Origin: Mizuhopecten yessoensis
Lineage: Eukaryota
DNA: 64,000 nt
Reading direction: 5' to 3'
NCBI RefSeq assembly: GCF_002113885.1
Contig: NW_018480034.1
Location: forward strand, 22,098 to 86,097
Part shown: positions 13,901 to 26,000 of the stretch, one piece after another
How the letters are laid out: each line of letters opens with the position of its first letter
Position numbering within the stretch: position 1 is the first letter of the stretch
The notes under the pieces: generated by a model
Told to the model about the DNA's origin: nothing
Database searches by the model: none
Seen by the model: only the letters and a program-made list of their open reading frames with translations
Made by a program: the position numbers and the translations under genes

Positions 13901-15083
13901 TCAACTTTTTCTTTAAACAAATTCTTAAAAACTTTATGACCTAGGGTCATTATATTTTGCTAGTATAGGTACCTGGGATGGAGTGCTAATAAATGACCTT
14001 CACACACTTTCAAGGTCACAGGGGTCAAATATGTAAAGTAACCTTTAAAGAACTTCTTCTGAAAAACCAGGAGGCTCAGAGTGATGATACTTTGCCAGTA
14101 GGTACCTGGCAAGGAGTGCTCTAAAATATTCTCAAATAAATGACCTTGACCACTTTCAAGATCACAAGGGTCAAATGTGTTCAAAACCTTTAAACAACTT
14201 CTTCTGAATAACCATGCATCGGAAGGATTTTAAGATGTCAGTTAGGCATGGAACATCGGTTGATGCTGAGAGATAGAGCCAATGTTTAGAAAAAGTTGCA
14301 GTCGTGTATTTAATGAGAATATTTTCAATTGGTTGCTTAATTATTCAGGTGAGCGAAACAGGCATTTTGGGCCTCTTGTTTGTTCATAATGTCAAGGTCA
14401 CAGACGTCAAATAGGACTGTTTAAAAATTCATGCTGTCATTGGCAGGAAGGCTCCGCATTTGTCAAGATAAATGACCTTGACTTACTGTAATTACCGTAA
14501 CTAGCACCCCTTCCTCTCTTTCTGGAGGGACTTTGATTTACAGTACTTATTTATGTCACTGATCATAGCCGAACTTAACATGAAGTGGATGAAACATTAG
14601 GTATTCTAACCTTCAGTCACACTGGAATGTTTAGTGTCCTTGTTTTTTTGTTATGTAGCAACAGTTTAAGTTGCACAACTTGGTCCATCAAAACTCAGTT
14701 TGTTTTCCTTATTTAAAGCTATACCCCTATTTAAGCTAATGTTTTAAGTGCCCTGGGCACTAATTAAGGCGAAATAGGGTACTTTCCTTGTTGCATGGCT
14801 CAGATATAATATATACATTCAATCAATATAAACTAGACATAGAAAAGTCACTCATATTAAATCATTTCACTGGATGTGCTGAATGAGCCTTTACAGCCTA
14901 ATTTTCATTTCATTTTGCAGAAATATAAAGTCTCGTATCCTAACTCTGGACCAAGTCGCTAATGTACTTCATGACTTGAAAGACACAGGTGATTGGATGA
15001 CGGCTTTAAAACACGTTCCTAAGCGCTTCAGACAAACAGAAAACAACAGTTCCAGCATGAAGAAAAAAAAGAAAATGATTTGA
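10939..15083 (+). CDS. TRMT10C: tRNA methyltransferase 10 homolog C / mitochondrial RNase P protein 1 (SPOUT m1G9/m1A9 methyltransferase), 3 coding exons, 393 aa
   Basis: Exons 10939-11310, 12895-13541 and 14921-15083 (phases 0,2). Arg-rich N-terminal mitochondrial presequence. Motifs: AMEYGQQLVFDL, PFHLVFCN, LVYLSPDA, VYLVGCITD, FPIRRYL, LTLDQV...TGDWMTALKHVPKR. AATAAA at 15091. Confidence 0.9.
12140..12677 (+). mobile_element. Helentron-associated (HINE-type) element, 3' part, TRMT10C intron 1
   Basis: 3' end CAGGTGAGTGATGCAGGCCCATTGGGCCTCTTGTT (subTIR plus hairpin). Internal ~150-bp repeats with TGACC...CAAGGTCACAGGGGTCAAAT. Left boundary approximate. Confidence 0.7.
13855..14380 (+). mobile_element. 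Helentron-associated (HINE-type) element, TRMT10C intron 2
   Basis: 5' GAGCTTATGGTATGG..GTCTGTCGTCCGTC microsatellite seed, internal CAAGGTCACAGGGGTCAAAT repeats, 3' CAGGTGAGCGAAACAGGCATTTTGGGCCTCTTGTT. Confidence 0.75.
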
Positions 15084-15234
15084 CAGTCCAAATAAACTTA
15101 TTGATTATTGGTCATTTTTATATATTACTACCCCAATACAAGTTTGCTTTGGTATGTACTCCGTAACCATGGATACAAAAAGTGCATGGGTATAGATGCC
15201 CTTAGCCACGGTTCATTTGACTATTGCTGAACAG

Positions 15235-15637
15235 TATAGTGCTGCAATGATATATTAGTATGACATTAAATTCTTATCACAATAGTAACAATACTGTGGT
15301 CACAATACGATAGTTATCATGATACATATATACATGTAGTAACAGTAGAAGCAAAGAGAAAAGATATATTGCAAATTTTTAATGGCAATATTTCAATAGA
15401 AAATAAGACTTCATCAATAATGGGCATGACTTAAAAGTTTCACACATGTTACGTCTTACAACGCGTATGCTGAGCTGAAGCTGTCACTCGCCATATTTGA
15501 AGGGATATGTGTAGACTAAATTCAGAAAACAACAAAATCCAAAAAATACCGTACATGTATAGGTGTATTGCGACCTCCCAAAAAATATTGTGTATTGTAC
15601 CGTATTCAAAATATGGTGATATATTGTTTCGGCCCTA
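15235..15637. mobile_element. hAT-like MITE (~400 bp)
   Basis: Ends TAGTGCTGCAATGATATATT / ATATATTGTTTCGGCCCTA. 8-bp flanking direct repeat CTGAACAG / CTGAATAG. Confidence 0.6.
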
Positions 15638-16563
15638 CTGAATAGATATTTAAGTTTAAGAAAAAAAAATTATCAACTTTTAAAACACAAAAAACTTGTG
15701 AGGAATCATGTCCCACTAGTAAACCAAAGGTCCTAATGTCACGCTACCACAATTTGTACAGTGTCAAATTTTTCAGTAATATTTGAAAATCCAGATTTCA
15801 AGTGAATCTCTTAACATGATGTTTACTTCACATGTGACCCTTGTACATTAGTGTTACCAATGTATATCCCTTTCCAAAATTGCCTTTATTTCACGTATGT
15901 CATGGGAGTATATAGTGCTCCACAATGTGGTACTGTTGAAGATTGTAATGTTTTTTTTGTATAATTGTGTCACTGAAGTGTGGAGCCGCATATAAACATT
16001 GTATTTTATACAAAACTTTCTATTAAATTCCAAAGAAGCGTAGACAACACAGCAGAATCTTTGTGTCAAAGCTTTGTGTTTTTAATCAAGAATAAATTCA
16101 TCTATAAGCACCAGGATTCTGTCTTGTTGTCTTGCTATCAGTGGGACTCTGTAAAAGTATCATCATCTGAATTTCACCGGATTTTCAACTGCAAAGGGAC
16201 GGTGTCTCAAAAATCCCTAAAGTGAAAACTTTCTAAGTCAGTAAATCTGTGAAGCAAGATCACAGCATTGTGTGGCATTTTTAATAAAACTCCACACAGA
16301 CTACATGTATATATTAAGTAAGTTGATGGAGAAAAACACCTGCTAGGACTTAATATAATAATAAATCATTCATAGCTAAGAGAATCGGCAGTGTTGCTTT
16401 CCATATTAACTCCAAAAGAAACTTATTAAGTGATTCATTATTTGCATGACAGAATAATAAAAACAGCATTACGGTTGTTACTTAACTGACACAATTTAAA
16501 CCTCACTAGTCTGTGTTTTGAGATAAAAGATATTACCCAAAAAGTCAACCTCAGAAAGTCCAA

Positions 16564-19500
16564 TACCGTATAACGGGTTATTAAGCGGGCTAAATGTTTT
16601 TGCAATTTTGACACAAAATTTCACCTATCGGGTATTATTAGTTCATGTTCTAGACATGTGAAGGAACTAAATTTCTGCGGTGATTTGGAACAGAGACAGG
16701 ACACTCGGCACATAAAGTGTCAAATAGTCGACAGAGACGGGACACTCTGCACATAAAGTGTCAAATAGTCAACAGAGACGGGACACTCAGCACATAAAGT
16801 GTCAAATAGTCGACAGAGACAGGACACTCAGCACATAAAGTGTTAAATAGGCGACAGAGACGGGACACTCAGCACATAAAGTGTCAAATAGTCGACAGAG
16901 ACAGGACACTCAGCACATAAAGTGTTAAATAGTCGACAGAGACGGGACACTCAGCACATAAAGTGTCAAATAGTCAACAGAGACGGGACACTCCGCACAT
17001 CAAATGTAAAATAGTCAACAGAGACAGGACACTCCGCATATAAAACTCAGCACATTAAGTGTCAAATAGTCAACAGAGACAGGACACTCTGCACATTAAG
17101 TGTCAAATAGTCAACAGAGACAGGACACTCTGCACATAAAGTGTCAAATAGGCGACAGAGACAGGACACTCAGCACATAAAGTGTCAAATAGTCAACAGA
17201 TACAGGACACTCAACACATAAAGTGTTAAATAGTCAACAGAGACAGGACACTCAGCACACAAAGTGTTAAATAGTCAACAGAGACAGGACACTCTGCACA
17301 TTAAGTGTCAAATAGTCAACAGAGACAGGACACTCAGCATATAAAGTGTAAAGTAGTCAACAGAGACAGGACACTCCGCATATAAAGGGTCAAATAGTCA
17401 ACAGAGACAGGACACTCAGCACATAAAGTGTCAAATAGTCAACAGAGACAGGACTCTCCGCATATAAAGTGTCAAATAGTCAACAGAGACAGGACTCTCT
17501 GCATATAAAGTGTAAAGTGTCAAATAGTCAACAGAGACGGGACACTCAGCACATAAAGTGTTAAATAGTCGACAGATACAGGACACTCAGCACATATAGT
17601 GTCAAATAGTCGACAGAGACGGGACACTCAGCACATTAAGTGTCAAATAGTCAACAGAGACAGGACACTCGGCACATATAGTGTCAAATAGTCAACAGTG
17701 ACAGGACACTCGGCACATATAGTGTTAAATAGTCAACAGAGACGGGACACTCGGCATTTAAAGTGTTAAATAGTCAACAGAGACGGGACACTCCGCACAT
17801 CAAATGTAAAATAGTCAACAGAGACGGGACACTCGGCACATAAAGTGTCAAATAGTCGACAGAGACGGGACCCTCTGCACATAAAGTGTCAAATAGTCGA
17901 CAGAGACGGGACACTCAGCACATAAAGTGTCAAATAGTCAACAGAGACGGGACACTCAGCATATAAAGTGTCAAATAGTCAACAGAGACAGGACACTCTG
18001 CACATCAAATGTAAAATAGTCAACAGAGACAGGACACTCAGCATATAAAGTGTAAAGTAGTCAACAGAGACAGGACACTCCGCATATAAAGTGTCAAATA
18101 GTCAACTGAGACAGGACACTCAGCACATTAAGTGTCAAATAGTCAACAGAGTAGTGTCAAATAGCCGACAGGGACGGGACACTCAGCACATAAAGTGACA
18201 AATAGTCAACAGAGACAGGACACTCAGCACATATAGTGTCAAATAGTCGACAGAGACGGGACACTCAGCACATAAAGTGTAAAGTAGTCAACGGAGACAG
18301 GACACTCAGCACATAAAGTGTCAAATAGTCAACAGAGATGGGACACTCGGCACATATAGTCAAATAGTCGACAGAGACAGGACACTCAGCACATAAAGTG
18401 TTAAATAGTCGACAGATACAGGACACTCAGCACATATAGTGTCAAATAGTCGACAGAGACGGGACACTCAGCACATAAAGTGTAAAGTAGTCAACAGAGA
18501 CAGGACACTCGGCACATATAGTGTCAAACAGTCAACAGAGACAGGACACTCCGCATATAAAGTGTCAAATAGTCAACAGAGACGGGACTCTCGGCACATC
18601 AAATGTAAAATAGTCAACAGAGATGGGACACTCGGCACATATAGTGTCAAATAGTCAACAGAGACGGGACACTAGACAGGACACTCGGCATATAAAGAGT
18701 TAAATAGCCAACAGAGACGGGACACTCTGCATATAAAGTTTCAAATAATCAACAGAGACGGGATACTAGGCACATATAGTGTCAAATATTCAACAGTGAC
18801 AGGACACTCGGCATATAAAGAGTCAAATAGTCAACAGAGAAGGGACACTCCGCACATCAAATGTAACATAGTCAACAGAGACAGGACATTCAGCATATAA
18901 AGTGTCAAATAGCCAACAGAGACGGGACTCTCTGCATATAAAGTGTCAAATAGTCAACAGTGTCAAATAGTCAACAGAGCCGGGACTCTCGGCACATCAA
19001 GTGTAAAATAGTCAACAGAGACGGGCCACTCGGCATATAAAGTGTTAAATAGTCAACAGAGACGGGACACTCTGCATATAAAGTGTCAAATAGTCAACAG
19101 AGACGGGATACTCGGCACATATAGTGTCAAATAGTCAACAGTGACAGGACACTCGGCACATATAGTGTTAAATAGTCAACAGAGACGGGACACTCGGCAC
19201 ATATAGTGTCAAATAGTCAACAGAGAAGGGACACTCCGCACATCAAATGTAAAATGGTCAACAGAGACAGGACACTCGGCACATAAAGTGTTAAATAGTC
19301 AACAGAGACAGGACACTCCGCATATAAAGTGTCAAATAGTCAACAGAGACAGGACACTCTGCATATAAAGTGTCAAATAGTCAACAGAGACAGGACACTC
19401 GGCATGTAAAGTGTTAAATAGTCAACAGAGACGGGACACTCCGCACATCAAATGTAAAATAGTCAACAGCGACGGGACACTCGGCACATATAGTGTCAAA

Positions 19501-22118
19501 TAGTCAACAGAGACGGGACACTCGGCACATATAGTGTCAAATAGTCAACAGTGACAGGACACTCGGCACATATAGTGTTAAATAGTCAACAGAGACGGGA
19601 CACTCGGCACATATAGCGTCAAATAGTCAACAGAGAAGGGACACTCCGCACATCAAGTGTAAAATGGTCAACAGAGACAGGACACTCGGCACATAAAGTG
19701 TTAAATAGTCAGCAGAGACAGGACACTCCGCATATAAAGTGTCAAATCGTCAACAGAGACAGGACACTCTGCATATAAAGTGTCAAATAGTCAACAGAGA
19801 CGGGACACTCATTATATAAAGTGTCAAATAGTCAACAGAGACAGGACACTCGGCACATAAAGTGTTAAATAGTCAGCAGAGACAGGACACTCCGCATATA
19901 AAGTGTCAAATCGTCAACAGAGACAGGACACTCTGCATATAAAGTGTCAAATAGTCAACAGAGACGGGACACTGGGCACATAAAGTGTCAAATAGTCAAC
20001 AGAGACGGTAAAGTGTCAAATAGTCAACAGAGACGGGACACTCAGCATATAAAGTGTCAAATAGTCAACAGAGACAGGACACTCGGCACATATAGTGTCA
20101 AATAGTCAACAGAGACGGGACACTCGGCATATAAAGTGTCAAATAGTCAACAGAGACGGGACACTCCACACATCAAATGTAAAATAGTCAACAGAGACGG
20201 GACACTCGGCACATATAGCGTCAAATAGTCAACAGAGACAGGACACTCGGCATGTAAAGTGTTAAATAGTCAACAGAGACGGGACACTCGGCATATAAAG
20301 TGTCAAATAGTCAACAGAGACGGGATACTCGGGACATATAGTGTCAAATAGTCAACAGTGACAGGACACTTGGCACATATAGTGTTAAAAAGTCAACAGA
20401 GACGGGACACTCGGCACATAAAGTGTCAAATAGTCAACAGAGACGGGACACTCCGCACATCAAATGTAAAATGGTCAACAGAGACGGGACACTGGGCACA
20501 TAAAGTGTCAAATAGTCAACAGAGACAGGACATTCAGCATATAAAGTGTCAAATAGTCAACAGAGACGGGACACTCCGCACATCAAATGTAAAATAGTCA
20601 ACAGAGACAGGACACTCGGCACATATAGTGTTAAATAGTCAACAGAGACGGGACACTCGGCACATAAAGTGTCAAATAGTCAACAGAGACGGGACACTCG
20701 GCACATATAGTGTCAAATAGTCAACAGAGACGGGACACTCGATCATTATATAAAGTGTCAAATAGTCAACAGAGACGGGACACTCGGCATATAAAGTGTC
20801 AAAAAGTCAACAGAGACGGGATACTCGGCACATATAGTGTCAAATAGTCAACAGAGACAGGACACTCGGCACATATAGTGTCAAAGAGTCAACAGTGACA
20901 GGATACTCGGCACATATAGTGTTAAATAGTCAACAGAGACGGGACACTCGGCACATAAAGCGTCAAATAGTCAACAGAGACAGGACACTGGGCACATATA
21001 GAGTCAAATAGTCAACAGAGACGGGACACTCATTATATAAAGAGTCAAATAGTCAACAGAGACGGGACACTCGGCACATAAAGCGTCAAATAGTCAACAG
21101 AGACAGGACACTGGGCACATATAGTGTCAAATAGTCAACAGAGACGGGACACTCATTATATAAAATGTCAAATAGTCAACAGAGACAGGACACTGGGCAC
21201 ATATAGTGTCAAATAGTCAACAGAGGCGGAACACTCGGCACATAAAGTGTCAAATAGTCAACAGAGACGGGACACTCATTATATAAAGTGTCAAATAGTC
21301 AACAGAGACGGGACACTCGGCACATATAGTGTCAAATAGTCAACAGAGACAGGACACTTATTATATAAAGTGTCAAATAGTCAACAGAGACGGGACACTC
21401 ATTATATAAAGAGTCAAATAGTCAACAGAGACGGGCCACTCGGCACATATAGTGTCAAAGAGTCAACAGAGACAGGACACTTATTATATAACGTGTCAAA
21501 TAGTCAACAGAGACGGAACACTCGGCACATCAAGTGTCAAATAGTCGCGCTTTACTACAGCATGACGGGACACTCGGCACATATAGGGTCAAATAGTCAA
21601 CAGAGACGGAACACTCGGCACACAAAGTGTCAAATAGTCGCGCTTTACTACAGCATGACGGGACACTCGGCACATATAGGGTCAAATAGTCAACAGAGAC
21701 AGGACACGGGGCACATATAGGGTCAAATAGTCAACAGAGACAGGACACTGGGCACATATAGTGTCAAATAGTCAACAGAGACGGAACACTCGGCACATAA
21801 AGTGTCAAATAGTCGCGCTTTACTACAGCATATAGTGCAACAACAAGTTAGTGTAGTTTATTGAAACAAATCATCAACAAAATTACTATATGTGTGATAC
21901 AATCTATTTTCAAACATCTGATATAACTCTTGATGTAAATAAATCATTATAACCACATACTCGCTGCTACATAATAACATTATGGTTATGAAGTTTATTA
22001 TTGCAGCTCTTTTTTATGCTTGTCATATTATCCTGCAGGTCATATATTTCGCAATCACATTATTGACCCAAGAAATTGCAAAAATATCATCCACATGGAA
22101 ATATCCTGCTATGCGGAA
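16564..22118. mobile_element. Termini of a TA-type (Tc1/mariner-like) MITE enclosing the 41-bp satellite
   Basis: Left TACCGTATAACGGGTTATT...TTTTTGCAATTT. Reverse complement of the right end CCGCATAGCAGGATATT...TTTTTGCAATTT. Confidence 0.5.
16689..21812. repeat. Satellite, 41-bp unit CAGAGACGGGACACTCGGCACATAAAGTGTCAAATAGTCAA, ~125 copies
   Basis: Direct periodicity of 41 (16691, 16732...). Internal dyad GACACT-N10-AGTGTC. Confidence 0.97.
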
Positions 22119-23089
22119 AATACACTATGTCCGTTTCTAATTGGGAAACAATTGCCATGGATCATAACCTCAATTTGAAAGATGACAGTGCGAAAAATTG
22201 TTACATGATGTCATAATTTAAAGATTGATAAATGAAATCACGTCAAGGGTGTTATCCACTAGTGGGTAACCAAAAATGTTTACCTACTTCTAACAGGTTT
22301 ATCCATTGAGTCATCATGAGTGAGTAAGGAAATCTGAAGTGATTGAGTGATTAAGCTTTATTTATAATAAATCTTCACGATATTCTTAATTTATAACTAA
22401 CATGAAGGAATGATGTAGATACAAAAAAAAAAAAAAAAGTTTGCATCGTCAGTGCAAACAGTATCACTGGATCAGCCTTAAATATCACCTAAATGTTTAC
22501 TCCTTACAATAGTCTCATGTTATCTGAGGCAGGATGAAGAGCTTCAAAGTGACACTGATCTAATGGCATCCATGGCCTTGTGAATGCAATTTTTTGTTGT
22601 AGTGTTTTCAAAGGGACTTTAATTTATATATTAGAGGGGATACATTTTAGCACTTTGTCAAAGTGTTATTTAGTGAATACATGTTCATCCTAGTTTGTGT
22701 ATATGAACTCGTGTTATATAACCTGGCCTGTATACAATAATGACTCCATTAAATGATAAAATTATGTCGGACTTCCAGCATATCAATTGCCGAATTTTAG
22801 AATTCATAGTAACTTGAAAAATGCAAAGGATCTTGTGTTTGCTTGACCTTATATTTGTGAAGCTTAATATATTCTTCATGAATTTCATATGAAATGAAAA
22901 TTAAATGAACAAAAATCATGGCATTCGCTGATCTTGTTATTAGTACGTACCCCGAGAGTTTCCGAAATGAAGGAGAGTTCCGAGTGAGACCAAAATGCAT
23001 GGAGAAGTTATATCTGTATACCTGGTCATGTAATCGTATTACCATTACATTATATTGCTGATTTGGCCTGCATATAGGAGAGAGGAATC

Positions 23090-26000
23090 ATGCCCCTTCC
23101 AGCGGCATTGTTGGCGCGTCTGCAGAAAAGGGGAATTGTTAAAGAAAAGGAAGAAAAACCAGGTGCGTGGCCTCCACATACAGAGTTACTTGCCCTTCAA
23201 CAAAGAATTACATGTGTTATGATACGTTACGTTGTAGATTATGTGACAAACTTATATTGTTTGAATGTTCCCATTCATCTGATTGTTAAAACCGTGAAAA
23301 ATGTGGTTCAGTATCGTTTTGATTACACGGCAATACATTATAGATGAATCTACATGGGATTGAAAAAGTGAACCGGCCCCTCACGGCCTCAGTTTCAACT
23401 CTAAGCACAGGTGCTGGCACACTGATTTGATGTGTATGTACTATATAATAGTATTATTATTATAGTATTATATACAAATCATATCAAGTGTGTCCAGCAC
23501 CTGTGACACTAATTACAGAGCTAAGGGAAAATTCCCTCTAGAAATTAAAGCGACCTAAATATATAATTGAAACCTAGCTTTGGCACATTTATAATATTAA
23601 AAAATATTCAGATAATACAATGTCACTGGCTGCAGCTATCTGAACAGAAACACATCCACATTTAAAATAATTGTAAACATGCTCAACATATGTACATGTA
23701 AATACTCATAGGATCACATGTACAGTCTCTTTAATTTCTAGCTCTGTGCTAGATGGAATTTCCCATCGGCATCAGCTCAATTGGTCGGAGAAGCTGTGGG
23801 TCACTGGTTTGTTTCTCCAATGGAAGCACACTATTCTCTTTTCTGTATATGATATTATCTCTACAATAACAAAATCATTAATGTCTTACCCGTGACGTGG
23901 AATATATATATGCTACTGACACAAACTGCCATTATTATCATTTATTGTGGAGTCTCCTTAAAGCTGCGGTCACATCTTAAGGTCACGCATGTAATATAAG
24001 TTGACTGTAGTGAGGATGACCACAGTTGACTAGTAGACCGTAGGTGACCTTAGTTAAACGTAGTTCAACGTAGTTATAAACGTATATAGCTTGAACTTCA
24101 ATAAACCCATGACTTGGCCGTGGCTATAGCCCAAATTTTTTCAACATGTTCAAAATATCTCTAACCGTGAGTTTGGATGCCAAGACCCTACTGTGACTGT
24201 AGATTGAATGTAGCTGACCCTACTTAGTTCATATAGTTCAAATAGCGATGACGCCGATTGAAAGCTGTGAGCTTCTTATGGCGCGTTTGAATATACCTGA
24301 CCGTGGTGTTTACCGTAGTTGATCGTAGCTAGTAACATGGCAATACGACTAAATTAACACTACCTACGATCAAGTTAAGTCGAACAGGCCTAGGGACAAC
24401 TACTAGGGTTGGACTATGTTTGAAGAACGTTCACAGTACTGTTAAGTACGGTTAACTAGGGTCAACTAGCTATAGGGTGAAATAGGGTTAAGTAATATTG
24501 AATTTAGGAGTTAAGGTTAGGGAACTACGTCTAACTACGTTAAATACATTTTGCTAAGGTCACCTACGGTCTACTACAGTCAACTGTGGTCATGACCGTA
24601 AGATGTGACCACGGCTCAAGCTTGTATTGATGCTTGGCATCTTTTTCTTATGGAAAAGACACAAACATAAACATTATCAAGGGCTTTTGTTGACCATTGA
24701 CACTTAGCAACTTCTGAAGCAATTTCAGAAATCAGAAAGAAATTTCCCTGAATTTCAGAAAGTCAAAACATGTATATGTCAAATAGACCTTTTCTCTAAA
24801 ACCCAAAACTCGAAGCTTATTTTGGGGAGTCAAAAACAATAAATCCCAAGGGTCGGTTCAAAGCCCTGATTACCACGGAGTAAAAAAAATATGGATTGAA
24901 AGACAGCAGCTATATTAGAGGATTTATAATATATTCATTGTGCTGTCTACATGTAAACCATATTTTTATAGTCACACTGACACCAGTGCCAGTGTCAAGT
25001 TCGGAGCCAGTTGAAGAGGTTTTCGCTGAAGATTATGATGATCCAACCAAAGACCAGAACTCCAATTTGGAAGAAGAAGAAAGTCCTGCTATAATCCCTG
25101 AACCTGAAAATGTAGGACCCCTCTTCTGGGAAGTGTCTGCATGTCCCAATAAAAATAACCCTTATCACAAATGTGTCGCTTACTGTCATGAACGATGGGG
25201 AATGGAAACTTTCAATGGCAGTGAAGATATGCTGAGGAAACGAGATCGAATGCTTCGGAGACATCCACTCCCGGAGGGATGGGAGGAAGTCGCAGACTCG
25301 GAAAGGTAAGAATTTTTCTCCAAAATCTGTTCAATTCAAGACTATTGTCAAATGAAATGCATTCACAACTTATTGTTATCGTATAACAGTTACTTGTATA
25401 TAAGCAGCACTTACATCATTATTTGAAGTTAAGAAAACAATATATTAATTCTCTCTGGGTGAAAGAAATTCTGTAATCGGCATTGATTATGAAAACTGTC
25501 TTGTTCATGTAGTACCCAGTATATCTGAAAGGAAAGGATATGTTTCCAATTGTATTATTTTTAATTCATATTGGAAAAATTACCCATAATCATATGATAA
25601 ATTCTTATTGATGCCATATTAGCTAGTTATAGGTTGTGTCCCCTTAGCTGCATTCACATATGATAGATCTCACCAATACAATGTACATGTATGTATATAT
25701 TTGTCTCCCTCCTTAAATACGAGCTTACTATGACATATATATTTTAAAACAAAATTATAATTATCATGTTCCAAATTCTTGAAGATGATCCGCTCAAGTA
25801 AACAAATTCTATATATATATTTATTATTTAAAGGTCTTCCTGTAGTTAAGCTATCTTGACAGAGTTGTCAATCCATATACTCACTCACATGTACGTGACA
25901 AATGAAGCTTGTATGAAATTGACAATGTACATTTTAAATGAAATGACCTTTTATAAAGAAGGCTTTTTTAATATTCATGATGTTAAATTGTGCAAAAAGT

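Noticed and set aside
16689-21812. Regular repeats with a dyad, superficially CRISPR-like
   Set aside because: No unique spacers (units are head-to-tail variants), no cas genes, eukaryotic context.
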